From: Blastocatellia bacterium
GTDB lineage: Bacteria > Acidobacteriota > Blastocatellia > RBC074
Direction of reading: 5' to 3'
Assembly (NCBI GenBank): GCA_044221525.1
Contig: JBGAPB010000004.1
Location: forward strand, 1-59,550
Length of the DNA: 59,550 bases
Shown: one piece after another, positions 1-11,325 of the stretch
Layout of the letters: each line of letters starts with the position of its first letter
Numbering within the stretch: position 1 is the first letter of the stretch
Made by a program: the position numbers and the translations under genes
The notes under the pieces: generated by a model
Database searches by the model: none
The model's input: the letters and a program-made list of their open reading frames with translations, nothing else
What the model was told of the DNA's origin: nothing

Positions 1-15
1 ACAGTCAAACTGAGC

Positions 16-1278
16 ATGGTTTTCGCCGCGATCATTATGGGGCTTTGTGTTTTGACGGCTCTGTTGTCCGCCGGGCTGGTACTTTTCCCGTTGCGCGAAG
101 TGATGGACAGCATTGAACAGCTTGAATCTGAAAGCATAGTTCCCGCCGACCCGCGCCCCGTTAATGCGGAGATGCAATCCATTGCTCAGCGTTTGCGTGA
201 ACTTGGTCGCCGCTTCGCTGGGAATCGCACAGAGATCGAAGCCATACGCGACCAGTTGCAGCAGGTCGTTGGCAGTTTGTCCGAACGAGTCCTGCTGCTT
301 GACCGCGAACGCAGAGTAATTATGGCCAGTCCGGAAGCAGAAAAAATGCTTAGTGGAGGCCGCTTCACTTTGCGAGGGCAACGACTGGCCGATGCGCTAA
401 GTTACAGTCACCCGCTGACGGTTATTGCCGAGCGCGCTTATACCAGCGGCCAATCGCTCCAGGAAGTAGCCAACTTCCCTGTCAACGGAACCCAGCAACC
501 GCAGACCATTGTCGCTTCGCTGCAATTGTTTGAAGATCGAGGTCAACCGGCTGGGGCTTTGCTGACACTGAGAGACTTTGAAACCTTACAACGGCTGGAA
601 ACTCAATTGGATTTCGCCACCAAGCTGGCCGCGCTCAATCGCATCACCGCCGGAGTCGCCCACGAAGTTAAAAACCCGCTGCACGCGATGGTGCTGCATC
701 TGGAACTGCTGGGCGCAAAGATGGATGCCGGGCTTGATCCGAAACCTCACGTTGACATTCTGATGAGCGAAGTCAATCGCCTGAAACGAGTCGTCCAGAC
801 TTTCCTGGATTTCACACGGCCGGTTGAAATGAAGCTGGCTCAGGTTGACGCCAACGTGCTGTTGCGCGAAGTCGTTCTGCTGGCTGCGGACGCTCGCGCT
901 CAGGGCGTTGATATGGAAGAGCATTACGGCAAAGGCCCGCTGGTCATCAAAGCCGACCCTGATCTGCTGAAACAGGCCATACTCAACATCATCATCAATG
1001 GCTGTCAGGTCATGCCGTCCGGCGGCAAACTGCACGTCGAAACTGGGCACGACGACGAAGATCATGTTTTCATCTCCATCACCGATCACGGCCCAGGCAT
1101 TCCCGAAGACGCCCGCGACAAGATTTTCAATCTCTATTACACGACCAAACCAAAAGGCAGCGGCATCGGCCTGGCTCAAGCCTTCCGCGCCGTTCAGCTA
1201 CACAACGGACGCATCAAAGTCGAATCCGAAGTCGGAGCCGGAACCTGTTTCCGCATCATCCTTCCAGTCGCCGCCTAA
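16..1278 (+). CDS. Sensor histidine kinase (PAS-like region, HisKA, HATPase_c), NtrB/AtoS-like. The frame is open back to nt 1, so it is possibly 5' partial.
   Basis: 420-aa ORF with H-box GVAHEVKNPLHAM, N-box ILNIIINGCQVM, and G-boxes ITDHGPGIPED and KGSGIGLAQA. There is no stop codon between nt 1 and the ATG at 16. Confidence 0.85.
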   Translation: MVFAAIIMGLCVLTALLSAGLVLFPLREVMDSIEQLESESIVPADPRPVNAEMQSIAQRLRELGRRFAGNRTEIEAIRDQLQQVVGSLSERVLLLDRERRVIMASPEAEKMLSGGRFTLRGQRLADALSYSHPLTVIAERAYTSGQSLQEVANFPVNGTQQPQTIVASLQLFEDRGQPAGALLTLRDFETLQRLETQLDFATKLAALNRITAGVAHEVKNPLHAMVLHLELLGAKMDAGLDPKPHVDILMSEVNRLKRVVQTFLDFTRPVEMKLAQVDANVLLREVVLLAADARAQGVDMEEHYGKGPLVIKADPDLLKQAILNIIINGCQVMPSGGKLHVETGHDDEDHVFISITDHGPGIPEDARDKIFNLYYTTKPKGSGIGLAQAFRAVQLHNGRIKVESEVGAGTCFRIILPVAA

Positions 1279-1328
1279 AGAAAAAGACAAAAACTCTTAG
1301 CAGTATATGCTTCAGGCTACTCTGGCCC

Positions 1329-2705
1329 CTAAGCCAGATAACCCAGGTGTTCGCGGTCGTTTTCGATCAGCGCGTCAATCAATTTACTGGCTGGTTGCCA
1401 TTGGCCAATCAGCGGGTAAGTCATCAACGCCAGTTTGGCCAGTTCAGCCGACTGTTCGGTTGCCGCGCGAATCGCCAGCCGCTCGTACTCTTTTACTGAT
1501 TGAACCAACCCGCGAACCGAATCGGGCAAAGCTCCAACCTGGATCGGTTGAGCGCCGTTTCGGTCAATTCGGCAAGGCACCTCAACCACATCGTCGGCTT
1601 TTAAGTCAGATATGGTCCCGTTGTTGGCGACGTTGACGACCACAGTGGATGCGTTGTCGCTGACCAGCGCAGTCATCACATCCAGTGCAATTCGGTGATA
1701 ACCGGTGGCGGCAGTGAATGGGTCTTCTTGTTGTTCAACGCCAGATTGAAAAGCGGAGCCGGCTTCAGCTTCGAGTTTCATATAAGCGCCGGAGCGCCGC
1801 TGCAGATAATTGCTGTAAATCTCAAGAGCTTCAGCAAAACGACAGGCTTCGATTTCAGTGTGTAGCTGGCCAAAAAGATTGGCGTTGAGTTTGACAATTT
1901 CTTCGCCACGACTCGCCCCGGCTTTTCGCTGGTTTGCCAGCGCGCGTTGTTGTTCGTAATAAAAGAACAGGTACTCGCTGGGAATCAACGCCATCGCACG
2001 AATCATTGCCGGGTCGAACAGGTCGGCATGATAAAGACTGCGTAACATCGCTTTATCGTTCAGTAACCTGGAAGTAACATCTTCGCCGTTCAAAGTAACT
2101 CTTTGAATCCATCCCAGGTGATTCAGCCCAAAATAATCACAGTTCACCTTGTCGGGCGGCGCTTCCAAAGCCATAGCGATACGATGAAACATTTCGCTGG
2201 GCGTGTCGCAGATGCCGATCAACTTCAGATTGGTGTGAGCCGACAATGCCTGGGTGATCAATCCTGCCGGATTGGTGAAGCTGATGAACCAGGCGTCCGG
2301 CGCAAGTTGTTCGACAACGCGGGCATGTTCCAACGTGACTGGAATCGTTCGCAAAGCCATTGCCAATCCGCCCAGACCGGTGGTTTCCTGACCAGCAATA
2401 CCGTGTTCTATCGAAAGCCGTTCGTCTCGCGCGCGAGCCGCGATGCCGCCGACGCGAATGCTGCTGATGACGAAGCTGGCCCCCGCCACGGCTTCTTCGA
2501 TTGTGCGGGGATTTGTGATTTGAACTCCGCCGTCAAGCTGGTTGGCTACCTGGCGGGAAAGCGCGGCTATCAATTCGACGCGCTGGCGGTCAATATCAAA
2601 AAGAGCGATTTCGTTGAGGCTCAGTTGCTGCTGAGCCTCAACCAATCCATGAACGAGAAGCGGAGTGCGTATTCCGCCTCCGCCAATGATGGTGACTTTG
2701 TTCAT
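1329..2705 (-). CDS. Glycoside hydrolase family 4 (NAD/Mn-dependent 6-phospho-glycosidase-like)
   Basis: 458-aa ORF with N-terminal Rossmann [14 protein letters not shown], the conserved Cys block LIGICDTP, and GLNHLGW. Confidence 0.8.
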   Translation of the reverse strand: MNKVTIIGGGGIRTPLLVHGLVEAQQQLSLNEIALFDIDRQRVELIAALSRQVANQLDGGVQITNPRTIEEAVAGASFVISSIRVGGIAARARDERLSIEHGIAGQETTGLGGLAMALRTIPVTLEHARVVEQLAPDAWFISFTNPAGLITQALSAHTNLKLIGICDTPSEMFHRIAMALEAPPDKVNCDYFGLNHLGWIQRVTLNGEDVTSRLLNDKAMLRSLYHADLFDPAMIRAMALIPSEYLFFYYEQQRALANQRKAGASRGEEIVKLNANLFGQLHTEIEACRFAEALEIYSNYLQRRSGAYMKLEAEAGSAFQSGVEQQEDPFTAATGYHRIALDVMTALVSDNASTVVVNVANNGTISDLKADDVVEVPCRIDRNGAQPIQVGALPDSVRGLVQSVKEYERLAIRAATEQSAELAKLALMTYPLIGQWQPASKLIDALIENDREHLGYLA

Positions 2706-2718
2706 CGTTTATCTGGAA

Positions 2719-3558
2719 TTACCAGTTGATCTTCGCCGGAAAGAATTCGGAAACCAGTTCTTCGTAAAAGGGGCGTAACTCAGTCAGATTCGGCTCGACT
2801 TCGCATTTTGAATACAGGTCGTAAGGATTGAATGCCCGCACCCATTTCAACGCTTCTTCATCTTGTTCGTTCAACAGGTGCTGGTAAGCGCCTTCGCGGT
2901 GAATCGGGTAACAGGAATGGTAACGAAGCATGTACAAAGCTTCTTTGGGAAGGTACGGTTTAGTTACCAGGTAAAGGTATTCATCGTGTCCCCAGGACAG
3001 GTGAATGTTTTCCAAACCGCAGCCAGGTTCGTAAATACCGTTGGGAGTTTGGTATTTCGAGTTTTGAAAATCCGGGTTGTCGGCGAATAGTTCGCTATAA
3101 ACGATTTTGTCCGAATAGGCGCAGCCGACAGGGAAAGTATCCCCCACGACAGCCCATTGCGGCTCGTCGAATAAATAAAGAACTTTGCCCAGATCGTGAA
3201 TCAATCCGGCCAGTATGAACCAGCGCGGGTGGCCGTCCTGTCGTATGGCTTCGGCGGTTTGCAGCGCGTGGATTATTTGCGGCAAAGCAAGGTCGGGATC
3301 GCTGTCGTCAACGAAACTGTTCATCTTTTCCAGGGCATCCCAGATTCCCATTTCCAGTTTGTTGAGCTGGGAATACTCGGCCTTTTTCGCCAGTACGAAA
3401 TCCAGGGTCTGTTTGGTGTGATTTTCCCGGTAAAGCTCTCTTACACAATCTCGCTGTGCCGAGGCATAGTTTCTGAAGTTATCGGTGTCGCTGATGCTGC
3501 TCAAAAATGAAGCGGAGGCATCAGCCGGAATAAAGTTTGGATGAATGGCTACAGACAT
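2719..3558 (-). CDS. myo-Inositol oxygenase (MIOX family, HD-like di-iron)
   Basis: 279-aa ORF with blocks [33 protein letters not shown] and RYHSCYPIH, which are typical of MIOX. Confidence 0.85.
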   Translation of the reverse strand: MSVAIHPNFIPADASASFLSSISDTDNFRNYASAQRDCVRELYRENHTKQTLDFVLAKKAEYSQLNKLEMGIWDALEKMNSFVDDSDPDLALPQIIHALQTAEAIRQDGHPRWFILAGLIHDLGKVLYLFDEPQWAVVGDTFPVGCAYSDKIVYSELFADNPDFQNSKYQTPNGIYEPGCGLENIHLSWGHDEYLYLVTKPYLPKEALYMLRYHSCYPIHREGAYQHLLNEQDEEALKWVRAFNPYDLYSKCEVEPNLTELRPFYEELVSEFFPAKINW

Positions 3559-3626
3559 ATTCTTACTCCTTATGAAATTGATAATTGGCGGAGCGCAGTG
3601 ATCAATTGCGGTACGGCCAGATAATA

Positions 3627-5357
3627 CTACATCGTCCTGTAAACCACCTTGCCATCAAATATAGTCAGCACAACTTTGGTTTCGTGAATTCGCATCGGTT
3701 CGATTTTGAACAGGTCTTGCGAAAAAACGATGATGTCGGCCAGTTGCCCCGGAGCGATACGGCCTTTGATGCCTTCTTCAAATGAAGCGAAAGCTCCGGT
3801 TTGAGTGTAAGCCCGCAATGCATCAACTACGCTAATTCGTTGTTGAGGAATCCAGCCTTTTGGCGGCTGCCCGTCAATTGTTCGGCGATTCACGGCGTTG
3901 TGTATGCCGCGAATCGGATCAAGGCTGATCGAAGCAGGCCAGTCGCTGCTGTAAACCAACCGGACTCCGGCTTTCAGCATTGATTGCCAGGCAAAGGCAA
4001 ACGGCAAGCGGTCAGCTCCAACGGCTTTTGACCAAACATCGGTCGTGCCGGGGTCGGCATGTATCGGTTCCATTGAAGCCATGACGTTCAGTTTGGCAAA
4101 GCGCGGAATGTCGGTTGGCGAAACGGTTTCAATGTGTTCGATGCGGTGACGGTTGAAACCTCGATTGTTAGTTTTCAAGGCGATTTCGTAAGCGTTCAGG
4201 GCTTCGCGAACGGCGCGGTCGCCGATGGCGTGGGTGTAAATTTGAAAACCGAGCTTGTCCAGTTTCACCACCAGATTGCTGTAAATGTCTGGCGGCATTG
4301 TGGTTTCACCGAACGGATTACCAGATTCCGGCGGCAGGTCTGAATATCGTTCGATCATCGCAGCCGTATGAGATTCGATGACTCCGTCCAGGACAAACTT
4401 GACCGAAGCCGCGCGCAGCATCGGGTTCAAATCATATTTGTTTTTCAGTTCAATGAAGGCTTTGATCTGTTCGTCGGTCGTTCTTTCGCCGACTGAAAAG
4501 GCCATAGAATAACGCGAGGTCAATTCCCCGTTTTTCAGCAGTTCTTCGTAAAGCGAAAATTCATTGGGCGAACCGCTGGCATTTTGCAGGCTGGTAATAC
4601 CCAGCGAGCGGGTCAGTTTCAAACCTTGACGCAAAGCATCCAGTTGTTCCTGCCGAGTCGGTTCCGGCAACAAACGCCTGACCAGACTTTGAGCGCCTTC
4701 TTTCAATGCGCCGGTCGGTTCCCCGACGGCATTGCGGACAATTTCTCCGTAGCCGGTAAATTTTGTTTGACTGGTGATTCCAGCCAGTTCCAGAGCTTTG
4801 GAATTTGCCCAACCGCTGTGGCCGTCATAAGCGCTCAGGAAAACCGGTCGGTCTTTGATGATCGCGTCCAGATAAATCTTGGAAGGCAATCCGCCCGGGA
4901 ATGGCGTATATTCCCAACCTCGCCCGGTGATCCATTGTTTGTCAGGATATTTTTTGGCATAAACAGCTATGCGTTCGACCATCTCGGCAACTGTTTTGGC
5001 ACCGGTCAGATCAACCTGATTCAACCCCATCGCTCCGCCCAGAAAATGAATGTGAGCGTCGTTGAATCCGGGCGAAGCCAAACGTCCGGCCAAATCAATT
5101 ACCTGGGTTTTCGGACCAATCAGGGGTTTAATTTCAACCGTTGTGCCGATGCGAACAATTTGGTCGCCACGAATTGCCAGTGCTTCGACCACTGAATTGG
5201 CATCGCCGCCAGTCCAGATTCGCCCATTTGTCAGAACCAAATCGGCGATCTCCACTTGCGGAGCCTGGGCTGCCAACGAAAATTGGGAGGGGAAATAAGC
5301 GAGGATGGAAGAAAACGAGACACAAAAAGCGATTAATAGTCGGAACGAAAGTTTCAT
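3627..5357 (-). CDS. Secreted metal-dependent amidohydrolase (Amidohydro_3 / YtcJ-like)
   Basis: 576-aa ORF with an N-terminal signal peptide ([20 protein letters not shown]), the HxH motif [12 protein letters not shown] and a C-terminal SDWP block. Confidence 0.8.
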   Translation of the reverse strand: MKLSFRLLIAFCVSFSSILAYFPSQFSLAAQAPQVEIADLVLTNGRIWTGGDANSVVEALAIRGDQIVRIGTTVEIKPLIGPKTQVIDLAGRLASPGFNDAHIHFLGGAMGLNQVDLTGAKTVAEMVERIAVYAKKYPDKQWITGRGWEYTPFPGGLPSKIYLDAIIKDRPVFLSAYDGHSGWANSKALELAGITSQTKFTGYGEIVRNAVGEPTGALKEGAQSLVRRLLPEPTRQEQLDALRQGLKLTRSLGITSLQNASGSPNEFSLYEELLKNGELTSRYSMAFSVGERTTDEQIKAFIELKNKYDLNPMLRAASVKFVLDGVIESHTAAMIERYSDLPPESGNPFGETTMPPDIYSNLVVKLDKLGFQIYTHAIGDRAVREALNAYEIALKTNNRGFNRHRIEHIETVSPTDIPRFAKLNVMASMEPIHADPGTTDVWSKAVGADRLPFAFAWQSMLKAGVRLVYSSDWPASISLDPIRGIHNAVNRRTIDGQPPKGWIPQQRISVVDALRAYTQTGAFASFEEGIKGRIAPGQLADIIVFSQDLFKIEPMRIHETKVVLTIFDGKVVYRTM

Positions 5358-5600
5358 ATTTTGACCATTCAGGGTTTGCCCTTCTTAAAAGTTTACGGCA
5401 GGATTTTTCATCGGTTCGACTGGGATTGCAACGGGAGTAAAAAAAACATTCCTGCAACTGACTGACTCTAAACACCGTCTCCATTCTCAGTTACCCTTAT
5501 ATCAGCAAAGCCGAGTCCTGTTGGGTTCCGTCACCCTACTGGCGCTAATCGGCGATGCTTTCGGAAACCGTTACAGACTGACTTAATTCTCAAAATCTTT

Positions 5601-8600
5601 ATGCAGAAACTAGCAGAAATTTGTATTGAACGTCCTGTGTTTGCGGCAATGATCATCCTTGCATTGGTGGTCGTTGGCGCTTCGAGCTATTTCAAGCTCG
5701 GAGTTGATCGCTTCCCGGCAGTGGATATTCCAACTGTGACCGTCCGAGCCAACCTGCCAGGAGCTTCGCCTGAAGAAGCAGAAGCCGTTATAGCCCAGAC
5801 GCTTGAAGAAGCCGTCAACACGGTTGAAGGCGTCGAACAGCTTCGCTCGGTGTCCAGTCAAGGCAGAGCTTTTGTCATGGCGACATTCAATTTGAACCGC
5901 AACATTGACGACGCGGCTCAGGACATACGTGACCGCGTTCAAGGTGTGACGCGATTGTTTCCACCGGGAACCGATCCTCCAATCGTGCAAAAATTCGACA
6001 ACGAACGTCAGGGAATCATGACAATTGCGCTGTCGTCGAACCGCTCCATCCGCGAATTGTCGGAGCTGGCCGAAAACGTCGTCAAAAAACAGCTTGAACG
6101 GTCGAATGGAGTGGGTGAAATCAATGTTTCTGGTGGAACGGTTCGTTCGATCAATGTCTGGGCGGATTCCGACCGGTTGGCAGCTTATCGAATACCAATC
6201 ACTCAAATCAGAAACGCCATTGTACGGCAAAACTCCGATGTGCCAGGCGGCAACGTTGATGCCGGACGCCGCGAATTGAGTCTGCGAACCATGGGGCGCG
6301 TAGTTGACCCAGGCAGCTTCAATGATCTGGTTGTCACCACCATTAATGGTTCCCCCATTCGCATTCGTGACGTTGGTTACGCCGAAGACGGAACCAAAGA
6401 ACCGCGCTCGGCTTCGCGACTGACAGACCTCAGCAAAGTAGGCGACGATCCAAAAGCGCGCGCTCAGGTCCAGGCAATTCCTTCGGTGACAATCGGAATT
6501 CAACGCCAGACGGGTGCGAACACAATGGCGGTCATCGAAGACGTGAAGAAAAATCTGAGCGTAGTTCAGGCGCAATTGCCTCCGGATGTGAAGTTGGAGG
6601 TAATCAACGATCAATCGCGTTACATCAAAAACGCCCTTGACGAAATCAACGTCCATTTGATTCTGGGCAGTATTCTGGCTTGTCTGGTGGTTTTTCTATT
6701 CATGCGTTCCTGGCATGCGACGGTAATTGCGGGCATAGCCATTCCGACTTCTGTTATTTCGACTTTCGGAATGATGAAGGCACTGGATTTCACATTGAAC
6801 AGTGTCACAATGTTGGCGCTGGTGTTGATGGTCGGCGTGGTGATTGACGACGCGATTGTCGTGCTGGAAAACATTTTCCGATACGTCGAAGAAAAGAAAA
6901 TGCCGCCAAAGCAGGCAGCAATAGAGGCAACAAGGGAAATTGGCCTGGCAGTTTTGGCGACGACGTTGTCGCTGGTCGTCATCTTCGTGCCGGTTTCGTT
7001 TATGCGTTCGATTTCCGGGCGGTTTCTGATGCAGTTCGGAATCACCGCAGCAGTGGCTATTATGGTTTCGCTGCTGGTTTCTTTCACATTGACGCCGACG
7101 ATGAGTGCGCGACTGATCAGCGTTTCGGATGTCGGCCACCACGAAGACGTGGCAGCTTCGCGTCGAGGTTTTTACCGCTTCATTGATGCCGCTTACACCT
7201 GGATGCTGAAGCTGGTTTTGCGGCATCGCATTTTGGTATGGACATTGGCGCTGCTTGTAATTGCGTCGTCAGTGCCTCTTTACGGATTGATCAAACAGGA
7301 TTTTATTCCCAGCAACGTGGACGAAGCGGAATTCAGCGTTAGCCTGTCTGCTCCTGAAGGAACCAGCTTAAGTTCAATGAACGAAGCCTTACAGGCAGTT
7401 GAAACCGAATTGAGGCAGATGCCGGAAATTAGGTTGATGCTGGGTCAGGCTGGCAGTTCGTTTATGGGATCGGTCAACAATGCAGACATTTATCTGCGAA
7501 TACCTCCGCACGAAGAACGCACGATCAACTTCAGCAAATTCTGGGCTGGGCTGAAACGCGGCGAACCGCTGGCCGTTTTTCGTGGCAATTATTCCGCTCG
7601 CGACGTGCAGATGAAAGTCCGCCAGAGATTACGCAAATTTACTCATCTGCGACCATCCGTTCGAAATCCGCAAACGATTAACCTGGGCGGCGGCGGATTC
7701 ACCGATTTGGATTTTGCTGTGCGTGGTCCGGAACTGAACGAACTTGTTAGGTATGCCAACCTGTTGCGCGAACGTGCTCCGGAACTCGGCTTGATGGACG
7801 CCGACGTGACATTGAAAGTGGATAAGCCGGAATTGAAGGTAAACATTGACCGCGCACGTGCTGCCGATCTCGGAGTGGATTCGACCGACATTGCCACTGC
7901 GTTGCGCATCATGGTTGGAGGCGATGAACGAGTTTCGCGCTTCCACGACGAAAAGATGAATGAGGATTACGACGTTCAGGTGCGATTGCAGCAGGGCGAC
8001 CGCAACGACGCTGAAACCATTTCCAGACTATTTGTGCCATCTTCGCGTGGCGAAATGGTGAACCTGGAAAACGTAGTCAAGCTTGAGTCTTCCACCACCT
8101 CGTCCAGAATTGATCGCATGGACCGTCAACGCCAGGTTTCTTTGCGCGCCAACATTGCTCCCGGTTACGCGCTGGCCGACCGCATCGCAGTGCTGCGGGA
8201 AGAAGTGGCCAAGATGAACCTGCCTGCCGGTTACAACACGGCAATTTCAGGACGCGGACGCGAGCTTGAACGCACGTTCGTTGAATTCATCATCGCTTTC
8301 CTGCTTTCAATTGCGTTTATGTACATGATCCTGGCTTCGCAATTTGAAAGCGTCATTCACCCTATAACAATTTTGATCAGCCTGCCGCTGGCTATTCCAT
8401 TCGCACTGCTTTCGTTGTGGGCGATGAATGACACGCTTAACCTTTATTCGGCGCTTGGAATTCTGGTGCTGTTCGGCGTGGTCAAGAAAAATGCCATCTT
8501 GCAGATTGATCACATGAACGGTTTGCGAAGAAAAGGAATGGAGCGTTACGAAGCCATCATCCAAGCCAATCGTGACCGTCTGCGCCCGATTTTGATGACA

Positions 8601-8873
8601 ACCCTGGCATTGGTTGCCGGTATGTTGCCGCTGGCTGTCGGCACAGGTCCCGGAGCCGAAGAACGCCGTTCGATTGCCACGGTCGTTATCGGAGGACAAA
8701 CCTTGTCTCTGCTGCTGACGTTGTTAATGACTCCGGTGGCTTATATTGTCTTTGATGACATTGGTGAATGGTTTCGCCGCCGCTTCAAACGGAATGTCAG
8801 AACTACGTCAACGCCAACTGAAACAGGCGAGGTGATTACGGCCAGAACCGCTCATTCGGAATCTGGGGATTGA
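5601..8873 (+). CDS. RND efflux transporter permease (AcrB/AcrD/AcrF family)
   Basis: 1090-aa ORF with the typical N-terminus (CIERPVFAAMIILALVVVG). It has two large periplasmic loops alternating with TM bundles. Confidence 0.9.
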   Translation: MQKLAEICIERPVFAAMIILALVVVGASSYFKLGVDRFPAVDIPTVTVRANLPGASPEEAEAVIAQTLEEAVNTVEGVEQLRSVSSQGRAFVMATFNLNRNIDDAAQDIRDRVQGVTRLFPPGTDPPIVQKFDNERQGIMTIALSSNRSIRELSELAENVVKKQLERSNGVGEINVSGGTVRSINVWADSDRLAAYRIPITQIRNAIVRQNSDVPGGNVDAGRRELSLRTMGRVVDPGSFNDLVVTTINGSPIRIRDVGYAEDGTKEPRSASRLTDLSKVGDDPKARAQVQAIPSVTIGIQRQTGANTMAVIEDVKKNLSVVQAQLPPDVKLEVINDQSRYIKNALDEINVHLILGSILACLVVFLFMRSWHATVIAGIAIPTSVISTFGMMKALDFTLNSVTMLALVLMVGVVIDDAIVVLENIFRYVEEKKMPPKQAAIEATREIGLAVLATTLSLVVIFVPVSFMRSISGRFLMQFGITAAVAIMVSLLVSFTLTPTMSARLISVSDVGHHEDVAASRRGFYRFIDAAYTWMLKLVLRHRILVWTLALLVIASSVPLYGLIKQDFIPSNVDEAEFSVSLSAPEGTSLSSMNEALQAVETELRQMPEIRLMLGQAGSSFMGSVNNADIYLRIPPHEERTINFSKFWAGLKRGEPLAVFRGNYSARDVQMKVRQRLRKFTHLRPSVRNPQTINLGGGGFTDLDFAVRGPELNELVRYANLLRERAPELGLMDADVTLKVDKPELKVNIDRARAADLGVDSTDIATALRIMVGGDERVSRFHDEKMNEDYDVQVRLQQGDRNDAETISRLFVPSSRGEMVNLENVVKLESSTTSSRIDRMDRQRQVSLRANIAPGYALADRIAVLREEVAKMNLPAGYNTAISGRGRELERTFVEFIIAFLLSIAFMYMILASQFESVIHPITILISLPLAIPFALLSLWAMNDTLNLYSALGILVLFGVVKKNAILQIDHMNGLRRKGMERYEAIIQANRDRLRPILMTTLALVAGMLPLAVGTGPGAEERRSIATVVIGGQTLSLLLTLLMTPVAYIVFDDIGEWFRRRFKRNVRTTSTPTETGEVITARTAHSESGD

Positions 8874-8903
8874 AGCTCACCAAATTACTGTAAAAGCCGA
8901 TAG

Positions 8904-8971
8904 ACAGAAAAATGTGTGACAGAAAATAAGAGCAGAGTCGCGGCTCTTATTTTCTGTCACACATTTTCTGT
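8904..8971 (+). terminator. Long near-perfect hairpin directly after the RND gene (putative terminator or REP-like hairpin)
   Basis: The left arm acagaaaaatgtgtgacagaaaataagagc pairs with the right arm gctcttattttctgtcacacattttctgt. There is one bulged A and a 9-nt loop, and the hairpin is followed by ttt. Confidence 0.5.
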
Positions 8972-9053
8972 TTAGATCGGACTTCAATCGCTTGTAATGG
9001 AAATTCGATCATTGAACCCAATGTTTTCTACCAGCACTTCTTAACCGAAAAAA

Positions 9054-10985
9054 TCACTTCTTCAACGCAGGCCTTAAATTCAAATTGCTGATCAGCCGAT
9101 GCAGATAATTCGCCTGGACGCCTAACAGCCGTGCCGCTTCGGTGATGTTGCCGTCGGCTTGGGCGATGGCTTCCAGGATAAGATTTTTTTTCGTCTGTTT
9201 GATCGTTTCATGATAATTGGCGATTGAAGTGCTGGCTGCTGACGCTTCAACCTCGGATTCCAAAACGGCTTCCGGCAAATCTTCAGGACGGATCAGATCG
9301 GTTGAACCGAGCACGATGGCTCGTTCAATAGCGTTTTCCAGTTCACGCACATTGCCCGGCCAGTCGTAAGCCGTCAGCAAAGCTCTGGCCTCTGGCGCAA
9401 TGCCGCGCACTTGGCGTTTGCATTTGTTGGCGTACTTTGTGGTGAAGTAATTTGCCAACAACGGAATGTCTTCGCGGCGTTCGCGCAAAGGCGGCAGCTT
9501 CAACGAAACAACATTCAGCCGATAATATAAATCCTGACGGAAGCCGCCGTCTTTGATCGCAGATTCCAAATCCCGGTTGGTGGCGGCAATCAACCGCACA
9601 TCAACTTTGATCGGACGAGTTCCGCCGACTCTTTCAAATTCCTGTTCCTGCAAAACCCGCAACAGCTTGGCCTGCAACAACGGAGACATTTCGCCCAGTT
9701 CGTCCAGAAAAATTGTCCCGCCGTCTGCAACTTCAAACTTCCCTTTTTTCTGAGCTATGGCTCCGGTGAACGCGCCTTTTTCGTGCCCGAAAAGTTCACT
9801 TTCCAGCAGAGTTTCGGTCAAGGCCGCGCAGTTGATTGCTACAAAAGGTTTGCGCGCGCGCGGGCTGTTTTGGTGAATGGAACTGGCGGCGAGTTCTTTT
9901 CCGGTTCCGCTTTCGCCGCGAATCAGCACGGTCGAATCAGTCGGGGCGACTTTGGCGATGAACTGGTAAACGTCGCGCATGCGTTTGCCTTCGCCGACCA
10001 TGCTGCGTTCGATGTTTATCTCTTCGGTCAATCGCTGGTTTTCATTTTCCAGCCACTCCAACTGGCGGACATTTTCCATCGCGACAGCGGCAATTCCGGC
10101 GATAGCCGAAACCAGTTGCAGATGATCTTCATCGAATTGAACTGCCGAATCACTGGTGCTCAGATAAATCGCACCCAGCTTGCGGTTCATCAACAGAATC
10201 GGCACGGCCAGCAATGCTCGCGTATGAGAAACCATCAGACTTTCGTTTTCGCCGAAGGCTTCACTTTCCAGAATGTTGTTGCTCAAAATGGCTTCGCCTG
10301 AATTCAAAACCTGACCAATGACTGCTCGACTGATTCGCACTGTGGTTTGCGCTCCGGCCTGACGATCCCAGCCGAAGGCCGAAGCGAAATTATCAAACTT
10401 CGATTTGCCGTCGGTCAGCAGAATCGCTCCGCGCTGGGCCGGTACGACTTCAAAAATCATCTCCAGCAATTGCCCCTGCAATTCTCCCAGACTACGAATC
10501 GAATTGATGGTTTGACTGATTTTCAGCAGCGCGTTCAGATTGCCAACCAGCCGGGCGCTCGGCTGCATTGCTGAAAATTGTTTATCAGTCAGCAGCAGCA
10601 ACAAATCTTCCTGGCGGATGCGAATCGTATCTTCACTCAGGTTTTGGCCTTCATCAATCTGCACCTTGCCTGAGCCCGCCTCCGGTTCTTTATCGTGAAG
10701 CAAAAACAAAAAGTGCGAACTGCCGACGGTGATACGATCGCCGTGCTCCAACCGGCGCTCTTTAACCGGCAAACCGTTGACGACGGTTCCGTTGGAACTC
10801 TCCAGGTCGGTCAGCACAAAAGCATCGGTTTCGTATCGAACGCGGCAATGCCGCCGCGAAGTCGAAAGATCGGCAAGCGAGATGCGGCTGGAAGAATCGC
10901 GGCCAAATACAAGCTCTTCTTCAGTCAAGACGAAGACTTTGCCTTTCAGCGGCCCAGCCAAAACAATCAATCGTGGGTTTGACAT
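9054..10985 (-). CDS. Sigma-54-dependent transcriptional activator (bEBP) with FHA and GAF sensor domains
   Basis: FHA block [23 protein letters not shown]...SSNGTVVNG, followed by a central GAF-like region. The AAA+ domain has [11 protein letters not shown], the [13 protein letters not shown] loop and [12 protein letters not shown]. The C-terminal Fis-type HTH is [21 protein letters not shown]. The ATG at 10985 is preceded by GAGGTG; the ORF track starts 9 nt earlier at a GTG. Confidence 0.9.
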   Translation of the reverse strand: MSNPRLIVLAGPLKGKVFVLTEEELVFGRDSSSRISLADLSTSRRHCRVRYETDAFVLTDLESSNGTVVNGLPVKERRLEHGDRITVGSSHFLFLLHDKEPEAGSGKVQIDEGQNLSEDTIRIRQEDLLLLLTDKQFSAMQPSARLVGNLNALLKISQTINSIRSLGELQGQLLEMIFEVVPAQRGAILLTDGKSKFDNFASAFGWDRQAGAQTTVRISRAVIGQVLNSGEAILSNNILESEAFGENESLMVSHTRALLAVPILLMNRKLGAIYLSTSDSAVQFDEDHLQLVSAIAGIAAVAMENVRQLEWLENENQRLTEEINIERSMVGEGKRMRDVYQFIAKVAPTDSTVLIRGESGTGKELAASSIHQNSPRARKPFVAINCAALTETLLESELFGHEKGAFTGAIAQKKGKFEVADGGTIFLDELGEMSPLLQAKLLRVLQEQEFERVGGTRPIKVDVRLIAATNRDLESAIKDGGFRQDLYYRLNVVSLKLPPLRERREDIPLLANYFTTKYANKCKRQVRGIAPEARALLTAYDWPGNVRELENAIERAIVLGSTDLIRPEDLPEAVLESEVEASAASTSIANYHETIKQTKKNLILEAIAQADGNITEAARLLGVQANYLHRLISNLNLRPALKK

Positions 10986-11028
10986 CAGGTTCACCTCGCA
11001 AAACTATACTTTCAGATAGCTTCAATCC

Positions 11029-11058
11029 ATAAACTCTATCCGCTCGGATAGAGTTTAT
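11029..11058. promoter_or_regulatory. 30-bp perfect palindrome in the divergent intergenic region (candidate enhancer/UAS or operator)
   Basis: The sequence is ATAAACTCTATCCG-CT-CGGATAGAGTTTAT. It lies 44 nt upstream of the bEBP start codon and about 115-145 nt upstream of the -24/-12 element at 11172. Confidence 0.45.
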
Positions 11059-11171
11059 TACCGACAGTAACCAATCAGGCATTGCCAATCGAACAGATCC
11101 ATAACTCTAACTCCAAGCCAGTCAGTCAGTTCAGCCAAAAAAAACCGTTGAGTTCAACAGCCGCAAAACCG

Positions 11172-11186
11172 TGGCACAACGGTTGA
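11172..11186 (+). promoter_or_regulatory. Candidate sigma-54 (-24/-12) promoter
   Basis: TGGCAC-AACGG-TTGA matches the TGGCAC-N5-TTGC consensus at 9 of the 10 specified positions. It is oriented toward the ORF at 11326 and lies next to a sigma-54 activator gene. Confidence 0.55.
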
Positions 11187-11325
11187 ATTAGCTTAGTACG
11201 CGAGCGATGAAAAGGATCATCGCACAAAAGACAGGTGTTAAAGAAGAGAGTAATCGTCAGAAACCAAGATTGAAAATTGTCCGAAGTCGAATATCGGCTT
11301 CCAGAACCAAAAAAGGAGTTTAGTC

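Noticed and set aside
5610-7226. Minus-strand ORFs of 348, 155 and 176 aa
   Set aside because: All are antisense to the RND transporter gene. They have no motifs and their composition is typical of shadow frames.
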